Of a stretch of 31,860 nt of DNA, positions 8,591 through 17,312 are shown one piece after another. Origin of the DNA: a virus (Duplodnaviria; Caudoviricetes); IMG/VR virus record IMGVR_UViG_3300047561_000023, positions 1 to 31,860 of that record. One strand, written 5' to 3'. The position numbers were made by a program, and so were the translations under genes. Position 1 is the first letter of the stretch, and the number at the start of each line of letters is the position of its first letter. Below the pieces are notes generated by a model that was given only the letters and a program-made list of their open reading frames with translations, had not been told where the DNA came from and made no database searches.

Positions 8591-9034
8591 TTAATTTAAA
8601 AGCAAGCACTCAGCTTTTCTGCGCTTCAATAGACCAGGCAAAACTTTGCCCCCACCCTTGGTCCAAAGCATGAGCTGCTCTTGAGCGCCTTCCCAGTCTT
8701 GGGCGTTGATTTTTCGCTTTAAAGTGGATGTCTGGACACGGCCCACGCCCAGGTTATATGCAAAGTCCACAATGGCGTTGCACTTGCGCTCATCAGTCGC
8801 CAAGATGGGGCAGTTCCTTAATACGCCTGGCAGATAGGTATGTTCCAGCTCAATCATCAAAAGCGCATGAGCCTCTTCCTGACTCATTGGTGGGTCTTCT
8901 AAAGTCACCTTGCGCTTGTCAGCGTAATAGGTCGAGCCATAGCCAATGGTGGCCACATTGGCTGGGCAAAGATAGGGTTTACTTCTAAACCCTTCAAACT
9001 GCTTGCAGAGTGCCGCGGCCAGCTCTAAGTTCAT
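8591..9034 (-). CDS. Endolysin, phage lysozyme (GH24)
   Basis: FEGFRSKPYLCPANVATIGYG (E-x8-C-x5-T triad), DFAYNLG, STL and GLLKRRKAE motifs. Confidence 0.93.
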   Translation of the reverse strand: MNLELAAALCKQFEGFRSKPYLCPANVATIGYGSTYYADKRKVTLEDPPMSQEEAHALLMIELEHTYLPGVLRNCPILATDERKCNAIVDFAYNLGVGRVQTSTLKRKINAQDWEGAQEQLMLWTKGGGKVLPGLLKRRKAECLLLN

Positions 9035-9525
9035 AATCCGCGCTTGGCCAATGTGCGATCAAGAAACCAGAAGTTGATTGTCCCAGCCAGTAATGCCGAG
9101 AAGTCTGGAGTCATCATTGTCTTGAACACTTCTATTGGAAGAGCGCCAGCAAGCCAGGCATTCCATGCAAACCAGACATGAATGAAGCTCCAAACAAACA
9201 AAACCCAGTATGTGACCACGGGCCGGACTGATGCGGATAAAGATGCGGCCCATCCACCAGCTGCTTTGACCATTGCGGCTTGTTGTTCAATGGCAGATTG
9301 AAAGGCATCCATCACGCCAACATCAATGGCCGCTTCTCTTTGTGCGCCTATTTCTGCGAGTTTCATTTGGCCGCGCATTTGCTCCAGGTCGCACTGGCGC
9401 GCAAACATATTCAGTTCGTGCAGACGTTCATGCTTCTTGTCAAAATACTTTAAGACCTCTGGGGCCATGCGGAAAATACCGCCAAAGATGGAGCCTAAAA
9501 GGCCGCCAGAAAGAATATCAAGCAT
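9031..9525 (-). CDS. Putative holin (GTA 3TM-holin-like)
   Basis: Hydrophobic N-terminus, SVRPVVTY followed by a TM segment, and INFWFLDR near the C-terminus. Directly upstream of the lysozyme. Confidence 0.7.
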   Translation of the reverse strand: MLDILSGGLLGSIFGGIFRMAPEVLKYFDKKHERLHELNMFARQCDLEQMRGQMKLAEIGAQREAAIDVGVMDAFQSAIEQQAAMVKAAGGWAASLSASVRPVVTYWVLFVWSFIHVWFAWNAWLAGALPIEVFKTMMTPDFSALLAGTINFWFLDRTLAKRGL

Positions 9526-9766
9526 CGCATTCCTTACAATTGTTTTTAGTTGACATTTTTACACCTGCCAGAACACCAACAGATGCACCAAGAATAGTCA
9601 TTAGTGCTGGACTGAGCATTTTGAAGACCTCTGCATTTTCGACTTCTTTTGCCCACAGACCAACAAGCATTGCAGCAATGATTGCAAGCAAGCAAATACA
9701 TAAAGTTACTGCTACCAAAATGGTAACAATGAACGTAAGTTTTTCTTTCATGTCCATCATGTGCAT
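9518..9766 (-). CDS. Small two-TM membrane protein
   Basis: 82 aa with two long hydrophobic stretches, in the lysis region. Confidence 0.7.
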   Translation of the reverse strand: MHMMDMKEKLTFIVTILVAVTLCICLLAIIAAMLVGLWAKEVENAEVFKMLSPALMTILGASVGVLAGVKMSTKNNCKECDA

Positions 9767-9768
9767 CC

Positions 9769-10002
9769 TTATGCGTACAAGTCTAATCTGCGAGTTTTAA
9801 ACATTGCCAACTCTAATTGGTTGACCCTAGCTTTCTTGTTATACAGTTCTAGCTCTAATTCTATTGTGGCTTTTTCAATTTTGTTAGCCTGGACAGCTTG
9901 CTTGTATTCCTCTTGGACTTTTTCAGCTGCTTTATTAAATGCAACAGTTTCAATGTCACGCCTTGGTTGAACCATCGGATACCACTTGTCCAAGGTAATC
10001 AT
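9769..10002 (-). CDS. Hypothetical coiled-coil protein
   Basis: 77 aa, charged helical sequence, ATGA overlap with the upstream gene. Confidence 0.65.
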   Translation of the reverse strand: MITLDKWYPMVQPRRDIETVAFNKAAEKVQEEYKQAVQANKIEKATIELELELYNKKARVNQLELAMFKTRRLDLYA

Positions 10003-10286
10003 TTCTTTTCTCTCTCAAGTGCGTTTTTGTATCCTTGAATAACCTTATGCCTTAACAATGCACTATCAGCAGTACCAGCCCATTCCGATAAATTATTCCA
10101 AATTACTACAAAGTCGGTACTTTTACATAAGTTCTGATGATTTGTAAGCCACATTGTCATTTGCTGATGACGCTCTGATGGGTTGTGAATTGTGTAAGCT
10201 ATCCCATAAAACTCTCTGACGCTGCACAAGTCTTTGCTTGTAGAGTGAAGTGCGAGGGTTAAAACAAGTGCTACTAGCCATTTCAC
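9999..10286 (-). CDS. Hypothetical exported protein (95 aa)
   Basis: Start reassigned to the GTG at 10286 (MKWLVALVLTLALHSTS..., signal-peptide-like), which overlaps the upstream stop (GTGA). The ORF track extends it to 10403. Confidence 0.6.
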   Translation of the reverse strand: MKWLVALVLTLALHSTSKDLCSVREFYGIAYTIHNPSERHQQMTMWLTNHQNLCKSTDFVVIWNNLSEWAGTADSALLRHKVIQGYKNALEREKK

Positions 10287-10375
10287 GTCATAGCCCAAAC
10301 GATGATGTAAAAACACCAGACAACAGTAATGCAAAAAAGGACTGCGGTAGTAAAAGCCATAGCCCAATCTCTCAT
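10283..10375 (-). CDS. 30-aa single-TM peptide
   Basis: Read by hand: MRDWAMAFTTAVLFCITVVWCFYIIVWAMT, with 4-nt start/stop overlaps on both sides. Confidence 0.55.
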   Translation of the reverse strand: MRDWAMAFTTAVLFCITVVWCFYIIVWAMT

Positions 10376-10599
10376 TTTTTAATCCATGTTTGCCAGACAG
10401 CACCAGCAGCCATAATCAGCGCACCCACCCACAGAATAGGCTTGGCAGCAGAAGCCACCCATCCCAAGACTTTAAAAGCCCCATCAAGAGCCTTTATAGC
10501 CTCTACAAGACCACTTGTGTTCTTGTCTATGCTATCTACCTTATTTTCAACTGCAAGCAGTCTTTCGTAGATTTGTTCGTGAGTGACTTCTTGTGTCAT
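10372..10599 (-). CDS. Coiled-coil plus C-terminal TM protein (XhlA/holin-like architecture)
   Basis: 75 aa: ERLLAVENKVDSID coiled coil, then ILWVGALIMAAGAVW and a basic tail. Confidence 0.65.
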   Translation of the reverse strand: MTQEVTHEQIYERLLAVENKVDSIDKNTSGLVEAIKALDGAFKVLGWVASAAKPILWVGALIMAAGAVWQTWIKK

Positions 10600-11096
10600 G
10601 GCTTGTCAGGATAAGTTACTGTCCAAGGGAAACCTTCTTGCGCTGTAATATCACGCAAGGCTTGACGATATGTCGCCCATACTGTTTTGTCAACAGGTGC
10701 ATCGGCTACTTGTGTCCAATCACACTCAGCTAACTTAGCATCCCTTGTTCTGCGTACATTTGAGGCTTGTTCTGTGTCCCTCATTACCTTGTATTCAGCT
10801 TCATTCTCAGCGGCTGTTTTGGCAGGAATGTCGCCAAAGCTCTCGGTGTCTGTAAAGGTAGGGCCTAACACATACTTTGTGTACCACTTGCCATCAATCT
10901 GTTCAACACCAGCACGATGGCTGTATTGGTAAACAGTACCACCAGTAGCTTGTGCGCCTTCAAAGACTACATCAGCACCCAAAGCTGTTAAGACTTCAGT
11001 TGTTGTTGTATCCCATGATGGGCCACCGTTGGCTTTGATGTGTGTACGGAACTCAGCCTCGTACATTACTTGTCCGTCTTGTGTTCTGATTTGCAT
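10596..11096 (-). CDS. Tail fibre assembly chaperone
   Basis: C-terminal VRRTRDAKLAECDWTQVADAP...WATYRQALRDIT...WTVTYPDKP is the typical tail-assembly-chaperone signature. Follows the fibre gene. Confidence 0.85.
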   Translation of the reverse strand: MQIRTQDGQVMYEAEFRTHIKANGGPSWDTTTTEVLTALGADVVFEGAQATGGTVYQYSHRAGVEQIDGKWYTKYVLGPTFTDTESFGDIPAKTAAENEAEYKVMRDTEQASNVRRTRDAKLAECDWTQVADAPVDKTVWATYRQALRDITAQEGFPWTVTYPDKP

Positions 11097-11105
11097 GATT
11101 GTTCC

Positions 11106-13037
11106 TTATGCGATTGCAAGCGCTATGTAACTTGCTCCGTTAATATTGACATTATTGCCTGACGCAGCAGTTACTTGAAACCCTGTTGCTGTTGTGTCAA
11201 CCCAGTTTGTTCCAGTGACTTCCGCTGCCGTAGAGTTCAATAAAAGGTACGGATCTGTTGATGACGATAACCCTCGGGCAGAATCCCAAACGTACCAATC
11301 ACCCGTAGAGTCAGTTCTTTTTATGAGCACGAACCGACTTCCAGCAGCAAACCCGCAATTAATGGTTTGCAACGCTCCAGTACCCGTAAAATTCGTTACT
11401 TTGCTCACGCCGGGGCAGGTTGCAAAGAGGTAGGCTACGTAATTTACAGCTGAACCGTTTACTCTTGGCTGTGATGCCAATGTCATTGTGGTACTTGTTG
11501 GCCTAGCGGTAAAATAAACTCCACCAGAGTAAGGGTCGTTAACAACCCCCGGCCCAGTATCATTAAGTAGGGCATAACCATAGGTTGTTGCGCCAAACGA
11601 ATGGCCCACAGCCCAATAGTTTACGTTTGTTCTGCCTTTGATAATAACTAACTCTGGAGCAACGGTTAAGTTGTGCGTTACCACAGCGCCATCTGTTCCC
11701 GTCCCCGTATAGCAAACCTCATCAAAGAAGCTGGGGGCGCGTTGCATCATGTAGGAAAACACGTCAGGAACATCTGCCCCCGCAGACCCCCATCCAGTAT
11801 TTGAGGCAAACTGAGTTGCTGAAAATACTGGGCTGGCATTTTCTGCCGCTGTTGAATTTGTTAGCAAAAAGTTGGGAGTTAAGCGAGATTGCAAATACCA
11901 ATCGGAACCCGACTTGGCTCTGTACGTTGACATATCCACAGGGAAATTAGAAACAAACGCTGGTGTAGTGTTATGGCGGGTGTCAATTGCAAACACCTTA
12001 GTCGCATCCGTAGGCACTTTCATCGGGCCTCTGCGAATGGCTATGTAGATGTGGGTCTGAGATGCACCAAGATTGGCTCTTGTGTCAAACCCTGTCGCAG
12101 TAATTCCCATGTTAAAAGCGCCAACTTCCGCATCAGATTTATTTGCATAAAGCAATTTATCTGCGTTTGTGCCATCAGCAACCCAGCCACGCATTGTGTC
12201 AAGAAGTGTCCAATCACCTGTGGTTGATGATGGTTTAAATAAAACCCATTGAGGTTCGTAGCCAAGATTGACTGTTGCTTGTCCACTGCCATCAGTAGTA
12301 AACGACCCACACGAAATTACATTGTCTGTACCAGTCAGACCAAAGCCTCCTGCGTCATGGGCGAATAGGTAGGCAACATAAGTGCCGCCAGAAGCGTTTA
12401 CAGCAGGGTTGCCATTCACAGCAAATGTTGTAGATGTGGGGCTTGTAAAATTAAAATCGTTTGTGTAGTTTTTTGCGTAAGTCAAGTTCAAAAACAACTC
12501 ATAGTCGTTTCCTAAAGACCTGTGGTAAACAATCCAATTGTCAGTCGTATCTGTACGCTTAATGATGATGCACCCCGGCTCTGAGCCAAGGTTATGTGAA
12601 ATTGTGCGGTTTGCCCCATTCCCCGTATAAGTCACAATATCAAAGAACTTTGGAGCTTTTGCCCAAGTCCAAGATACGGCTGCTGCGCCATTAGTGATAT
12701 TCCCGTAATCGCTATTACCTAACGTAAAGCCGTTTGAATTAAATGCAGTTAGTGTGTTTGCAGTTGATTGTTGGTCAATAGTGTTGTTTGATAAAAGAAG
12801 TTTGTTTACACCACGGGCTGTGTCATATAAATAATTATCATAAGCATTGGTGCGGTTTTTTGTCCAAACTAACCCACCTTTACCAGCTAAATCAATACCA
12901 TTATTTATTGTTTGTGTTGAAGCATTACCCGTAAACAAAAATGTAGAAAAATAATCTTCTATATATTTTGGTACGGCAGCAACCCCGCCCCCAAATGCGT
13001 CGTAACTAGCTGCTCCACTTGTCGATTGTAAAGGCAT
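11106..13037 (-). CDS. Tail fibre/receptor-binding protein with internally repeated beta domains
   Basis: Likely start MPLQSTSG at 13037 with an AAGGAA RBS. Repeated (Y/F)TG(N/T)G...P..(V/I)xxK...W...YVAYLFA units. Confidence 0.8.
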   Translation of the reverse strand: MPLQSTSGAASYDAFGGGVAAVPKYIEDYFSTFLFTGNASTQTINNGIDLAGKGGLVWTKNRTNAYDNYLYDTARGVNKLLLSNNTIDQQSTANTLTAFNSNGFTLGNSDYGNITNGAAAVSWTWAKAPKFFDIVTYTGNGANRTISHNLGSEPGCIIIKRTDTTDNWIVYHRSLGNDYELFLNLTYAKNYTNDFNFTSPTSTTFAVNGNPAVNASGGTYVAYLFAHDAGGFGLTGTDNVISCGSFTTDGSGQATVNLGYEPQWVLFKPSSTTGDWTLLDTMRGWVADGTNADKLLYANKSDAEVGAFNMGITATGFDTRANLGASQTHIYIAIRRGPMKVPTDATKVFAIDTRHNTTPAFVSNFPVDMSTYRAKSGSDWYLQSRLTPNFLLTNSTAAENASPVFSATQFASNTGWGSAGADVPDVFSYMMQRAPSFFDEVCYTGTGTDGAVVTHNLTVAPELVIIKGRTNVNYWAVGHSFGATTYGYALLNDTGPGVVNDPYSGGVYFTARPTSTTMTLASQPRVNGSAVNYVAYLFATCPGVSKVTNFTGTGALQTINCGFAAGSRFVLIKRTDSTGDWYVWDSARGLSSSTDPYLLLNSTAAEVTGTNWVDTTATGFQVTAASGNNVNINGASYIALAIA

Positions 13038-13039
13038 TG

Positions 13040-13633
13040 TTATTCCTTGCTCTTGCAGTTGTTCATGTGCCACTTAGCTAAGTTACCGCCACTTGCCATT
13101 ATTCCGCAATGTGGGCATTGTTCTTTACGCTTTGGCTTACGCATATTGATTGTTGTTGATTTCTTCACACCAGTTGTTCCAGCAATGATTGCCGCTTTAC
13201 GCTGATTAGAACAAGGAACACCATAATAAAAATGCTTGTCACCTTTAAGTGATTCACTAATCCTTTGCTTTTGCTCATCAGTCCACTCATGTCGAGTTTT
13301 AGCAAGTGTTTCTTTAGTATGTTTATAACCTTCAGTACCATCGCCACCATCAGTTGCATTTGTTAAGTTAATACCAAACCCACGCATTTCAGCTATCAAG
13401 AAACATTCAAGTTCTTTGGCTTGCTCATGGCTTATATTTTCCTCAACCTTACGCACAACAATGTCTAAACCAAGGCTTTGAATCTTACGAATCTTGTTCA
13501 GCTTATATGTTGGCTTGTCAGAATTCTTAGCTTCCCAAGCATGAAAATGGCAACGTCTACCCACACCCTTACCAACGTAAAAGGGCATCCCATTTCTAGG
13601 GTCAGTCAGCGTGTAAACGTAAGCGGTGTTCAT
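13040..13633 (-). CDS. Free-standing GIY-YIG homing endonuclease
   Basis: AYVYTL...FYVGKG, the conserved Arg/Glu/Asn region (ELE...LTNATDGGDG), NUMOD3-like KHTKET/EQKQRISESLKG repeats and a C-terminal CPHC...H...C motif. Confidence 0.88.
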   Translation of the reverse strand: MNTAYVYTLTDPRNGMPFYVGKGVGRRCHFHAWEAKNSDKPTYKLNKIRKIQSLGLDIVVRKVEENISHEQAKELECFLIAEMRGFGINLTNATDGGDGTEGYKHTKETLAKTRHEWTDEQKQRISESLKGDKHFYYGVPCSNQRKAAIIAGTTGVKKSTTINMRKPKRKEQCPHCGIMASGGNLAKWHMNNCKSKE

Positions 13634-14448
13634 TAGGCTTTAAACTGTGTTACTGAAGCAAGAATTGTAAAGGTTGCACTTCCAGTTTTCAGTAAAAGAA
13701 ATCTGTAACTGTCTATTCCACTAGCATTTCCCGCAGTAGGAGCACCACCTAACCACCTAGTCGTAACACCAGATGTAGTGCCATCCACTTGAACAGCAGA
13801 GTTGTAGTAAGCCGTAGCACCTTGAGTCACCAAGAAAGCCACAGTCATTGATTGACCTGTACTCATCAAAGTATTTAATGAAGTACCGCTAGAGCCTCTG
13901 AAGTTAACTGTCCAGTTAGCACTTGCATTACTTGTGTAGTACAGAACAGACTGAGTGGTAATGTCGTAAGCAATCGTTCCAGTAGCCGCAGTTGCAGAAA
14001 CAGTAGCTACCTCTGCTGCATCGTTTAGGACAATGGCAGTTTTGCTACTAGAGCCAGTAAATGTATTGGTTCCCGTAAAGGTTTGATCTGCTGAAAGCAC
14101 AGCATCACCAGTGGCAGCAGCTGCAAAACCTAAAGTGCCAGAGCCGTTTGTCTTCAAGACAAAATTGGCCGTGCTGTCAGCTGTGGGCAGTGTGAATGCC
14201 GTGACAAAGCTCTGCAAGTTGGAGTCATAGGCCAGCACATCAGTGCCAATGGCCAAGCCAAGTGCTGTCCTGGCTGCTGATGCAGTAGCGCCACCAGTGC
14301 CACCTTTTGTGACCTTTAGCACTGGGCCTGCATCAAACAATGCGTCAATGCTGTCTAGGTCAGAATTGATCTTCGTTCCCCAGGTGTCGGTGGATGCACC
14401 GACTTCGGGTTTAGTCAGCAATAGATTCGTGGTGGTTGTATCAGCCAT
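13633..14448 (-). CDS. Tail protein (fibre anchor-like N-terminus)
   Basis: 271 aa, Thr/Ala/Ser-rich. [28 protein letters not shown] and GGTGG...ARTALGL motifs are common in tail fibres. Confidence 0.75.
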   Translation of the reverse strand: MADTTTTNLLLTKPEVGASTDTWGTKINSDLDSIDALFDAGPVLKVTKGGTGGATASAARTALGLAIGTDVLAYDSNLQSFVTAFTLPTADSTANFVLKTNGSGTLGFAAAATGDAVLSADQTFTGTNTFTGSSSKTAIVLNDAAEVATVSATAATGTIAYDITTQSVLYYTSNASANWTVNFRGSSGTSLNTLMSTGQSMTVAFLVTQGATAYYNSAVQVDGTTSGVTTRWLGGAPTAGNASGIDSYRFLLLKTGSATFTILASVTQFKA

Positions 14449-14456
14449 TTTTCACC

Positions 14457-15269
14457 TCATGCGGCAATTTGCCATGTTTCACTATTATCAGCAATTGCAG
14501 TCCAAGTTTCACTTGAATCACTAATTGCATTCCATGTTTCTGACTGGTCAGAGATCGGTGTCCAAGTTTCTGAATTATCAGATATCCCAGACCAGCTCTC
14601 TGACGTGTCGTTTTCTTGTTCCCATTTTAGTCTTGCATTGACCGCCATGGATGACACTGCAATGAAGAGAATTTGGGCAGACTGCCTGCGCTGCGCATCC
14701 ACTGCCATTTGGCTTGTGGCCACAATGACCATGCCAGAATTGCCAATGATCGTGGTGGACACTGTCAGGGTTGATGCGTCAACAATGTCAAATGCACCAA
14801 TTGCCACTCTGGTGGCCGCAATTGATACTGTGCTGGTGTCGCTAATGGCGGCTTCGCCTATCGCATACCTGACACCATCCACAGCCATTGTGGATGTGTC
14901 GCTGATGTCGACTGATGCAGTTGTCAGCCTATTGGCCTCCACGGCCATGGTGCTTGTGTCGCTGATGGCCAGTGACGCACTAATGATGACATTTGCGTCA
15001 ATCGTGACTGTGCTTGTGTCAGATATTAAGACTTCAGCAAACGCATATCTAGTCGCTGCCACCGACATGGTGGATGTGGCTGTAATCGCCACAGTAACAT
15101 TAGATATGACACCAGCCTCAATGGCCATGGCTGATGTGGCCGTGATAACCACACTTGGCTCAAATGTGCCTCTGGAGTAGTTGCCCTTGCCGTAGGAGCC
15201 GTAGCCGTAGCCTACCCTCGGATCAGAGTATTGGCCAGCACCAAAATTCCCCGATCCATAGGCTGCCAT
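14457..15269 (-). CDS. Repetitive Ser/Thr/Ala-rich structural protein
   Basis: Gly/Tyr-rich N-terminus, ~19-aa ISDTST(M/V) repeats and C-terminal 10-aa (I)SDxSETW repeats. Confidence 0.75.
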   Translation of the reverse strand: MAAYGSGNFGAGQYSDPRVGYGYGSYGKGNYSRGTFEPSVVITATSAMAIEAGVISNVTVAITATSTMSVAATRYAFAEVLISDTSTVTIDANVIISASLAISDTSTMAVEANRLTTASVDISDTSTMAVDGVRYAIGEAAISDTSTVSIAATRVAIGAFDIVDASTLTVSTTIIGNSGMVIVATSQMAVDAQRRQSAQILFIAVSSMAVNARLKWEQENDTSESWSGISDNSETWTPISDQSETWNAISDSSETWTAIADNSETWQIAA

Positions 15270-15270
15270 A

Positions 15271-15666
15271 TCAGGCCAAAGTGATGCTCAAAGATGCGGC
15301 TGGGATGCGCAGCACATCGCCAGAATTGATCGTGCGAGCTGTGGTCAGTGGCGCCCAGGCTAATAGATTGCCGGTGGTAGATGCGTCAAAGATGCCGGCC
15401 CAGCCGACTGATCCCCAGTTTCCACCAGAGGCAGCCGCAAACTCGATGGCCGCTGCATTGGTAAATGTCGTGGCCGTGCCAGAGCCTGAGATCGTGCCAG
15501 TGACCACGCGAGCATAGCCATTGCCAGACACTTCAGTGCCGCCACCCGTGTCGCTTGGGGCTGCCGTGAAAAGGCCAACATACCAGGCAGTGGGGCGCGT
15601 GGCCGTATTAGTTGTAAATAGAAAATTTAAAACTAGGTTTTCACTGTAATCTGTAAAAGATGACAT
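15271..15666 (-). CDS. Small tail/virion structural protein
   Basis: 131 aa with YVGLFTAAPSDTGGGTEVSGNGYAR...GIFDASTTGNLL, a motif widespread in phage tail modules. Confidence 0.75.
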   Translation of the reverse strand: MSSFTDYSENLVLNFLFTTNTATRPTAWYVGLFTAAPSDTGGGTEVSGNGYARVVTGTISGSGTATTFTNAAAIEFAAASGGNWGSVGWAGIFDASTTGNLLAWAPLTTARTINSGDVLRIPAASLSITLA

Positions 15667-15674
15667 ATCAGTCC

Positions 15675-16298
15675 TTATCCAAAAGATTTAGCACGGGTCA
15701 GCAATGCACCACCAGAAGATGCGCTGCGATCATCGGCAGTTTGTGAATCATTCAAGGCGCGCTCATAGAGTGTTGCCCATGTCTGGATTCTCGCATCATC
15801 TTGCAAGTATGGTGCAGCCTGCAATAGCGCACCATACAGATAAATGTCGGGGTTTGATGTCAAAAGCCAATTTGTAGTGTTGCTAGTTGATAACTTTGAC
15901 AATTTGGCGTAATAGGTCAGCTCGGTCGTATAGTTTGCGTCTGGTGTCGGGACAATCCTAAACTGGCCACCAACAATGCCAAAGAATTTGGGCTTGCCAC
16001 TGGCCGTGTACTTGGTCATCTCATTGTCTAAGGCATCAATGCTCAAAAACTGCAATGGTGTCTGGGGGTTTGTGCTTGTGAGCTTGAGGGATTTGGTCTC
16101 CAAGAAGTCAGCAGGCACAGCGCCATATTGCGCATCAAAAGACGCATTGGCCCTGACGATCATCTGCCTGGTGCGCAGTGTTCGCTCCACTTGCGCCTCG
16201 GCCAGAGAGATAAAGTCAGGAATGACAGAAGTCAGGTCCGACCGATTAAGCCAGTCACCAATGGATGTCTTCAGTTCTGCATAGGTGCTAAGTGCCAT
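15675..16298 (-). CDS. Head-tail adaptor protein
   Basis: 207 aa with TYAELKTSIGDWLNRSDL...FISLAE and PDIYLYGALLQAAPYL, plus synteny after the capsid gene. Confidence 0.75.
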   Translation of the reverse strand: MALSTYAELKTSIGDWLNRSDLTSVIPDFISLAEAQVERTLRTRQMIVRANASFDAQYGAVPADFLETKSLKLTSTNPQTPLQFLSIDALDNEMTKYTASGKPKFFGIVGGQFRIVPTPDANYTTELTYYAKLSKLSTSNTTNWLLTSNPDIYLYGALLQAAPYLQDDARIQTWATLYERALNDSQTADDRSASSGGALLTRAKSFG

Positions 16299-16950
16299 TT
16301 TTCGCCTCTTTTTCCATCTCTTCTTTCACAATCCAAGTGTGAGGGTGGCCAAACTCAAAAGTGCCAATGTGGCCAATCTCCTGAGAAACGTCATGGTCGA
16401 TGTAAACTTTAAAGCCAAGCTCTTTGGCTTTCTTACAAAAGAAGACATCCTCGCCCATATAGCCCCGTGTTGTCTGCCAAGGCATATCAAACCATGGCTC
16501 AGACATACCCTTAAACACCTCGCGCTTGATCAGCATTATGCCCGTTCCAATGCTTCCCACCTCTTCTAATCCAGTCGAATCTGGCATGGTGTAGACGGGG
16601 ATTCGTTTGCCATTCTCATCATAGTTCTGGGCCGTTGGGCCAGTGGGCATTCTGCGCTTGGCACAGTTGGCCGCCACAATGTCTTTGTCGTGGGCCAAGA
16701 GCCTTCCCACCATGTCCTGGGGGAATGTCATATCCGAGTCGATGAAAAGAATGTGTGTGCAGCCTTCGCGCAATGCATCCAAGCAAAGGTCAGCCCTTTG
16801 GTTTTGGATAATCGTGCCTTGCATCAATTTCAGACTGATTGCATCTTCAGTGTTGAGTGTGTGATAAGCCACCATATTGACCATGCAATAGCAATAGTTG
16901 GTGTGGACTTGATCACGGGCTGGTGTGCAGACTGCAACATAATTGCTCAT
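16288..16950 (-). CDS. GT-A fold (family 2-like) glycosyltransferase
   Basis: VAVCTP, ILFIDSDMTF (DxD), GTGIMLIKREVF, GEDVFFC and IGHIG motifs. Confidence 0.8.
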   Translation of the reverse strand: MSNYVAVCTPARDQVHTNYCYCMVNMVAYHTLNTEDAISLKLMQGTIIQNQRADLCLDALREGCTHILFIDSDMTFPQDMVGRLLAHDKDIVAANCAKRRMPTGPTAQNYDENGKRIPVYTMPDSTGLEEVGSIGTGIMLIKREVFKGMSEPWFDMPWQTTRGYMGEDVFFCKKAKELGFKVYIDHDVSQEIGHIGTFEFGHPHTWIVKEEMEKEAKNGT

Positions 16951-17264
16951 ATTTTCCCAGGTCTTGTTCTAAAAAATTGATTGTCAGAATCGTTGAGCCA
17001 GCGTTTCATGTATTCCTGGTCATCGATCTTGCCCTCGGCCTTCATCTTGTAAAAAAGGGATTCGGGGATAGATGCCACCAAGTGCCACTCACCAGTCCAT
17101 GCCGCCTTCTCATCCACAGCGTTATAGATGGCCTTGTTGGCCTCAATGACAGCAGTCACATCTTGCTGGGTCTCAATGGTCACATCGCCAGTTTCAGCAT
17201 TCTCATGCCAAAAGCGCTTTATGCCTTGTTCTTTGTTTTCGCTAAATAGTCTTTTGTGAATCAT
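16947..17264 (-). CDS. Hypothetical head-associated protein
   Basis: Likely start MIHKRLF at 17264, downstream of the terminator. The ORF track's 17282 start lies inside the hairpin. Contains QDVTAVIEANK and VASIP...WLND. Confidence 0.7.
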   Translation of the reverse strand: MIHKRLFSENKEQGIKRFWHENAETGDVTIETQQDVTAVIEANKAIYNAVDEKAAWTGEWHLVASIPESLFYKMKAEGKIDDQEYMKRWLNDSDNQFFRTRPGKI

Positions 17265-17268
17265 GTTT

Positions 17269-17298
17269 AAAAAAAGGGCCAAGTTTCCCTGGCCCTTT
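17269..17298 (-). terminator. Rho-independent terminator after the major capsid gene
   Basis: Minus strand reads AAAGGGCCAG-GGAAAC-TTGGCCC-TTTTTTT. Confidence 0.85.
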
Positions 17299-17312
17299 CT
17301 GTTTACCTTCGA

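Noticed and set aside
11106-13037. Diversity-generating retroelement target in the tail fibre
   Set aside because: No reverse transcriptase gene and no near-identical TR/VR pair were seen in the window.
13038-13635. Group I intron around the GIY-YIG gene
   Set aside because: There is no non-coding flank to form a ribozyme core, and both neighbouring genes have their own start and stop.
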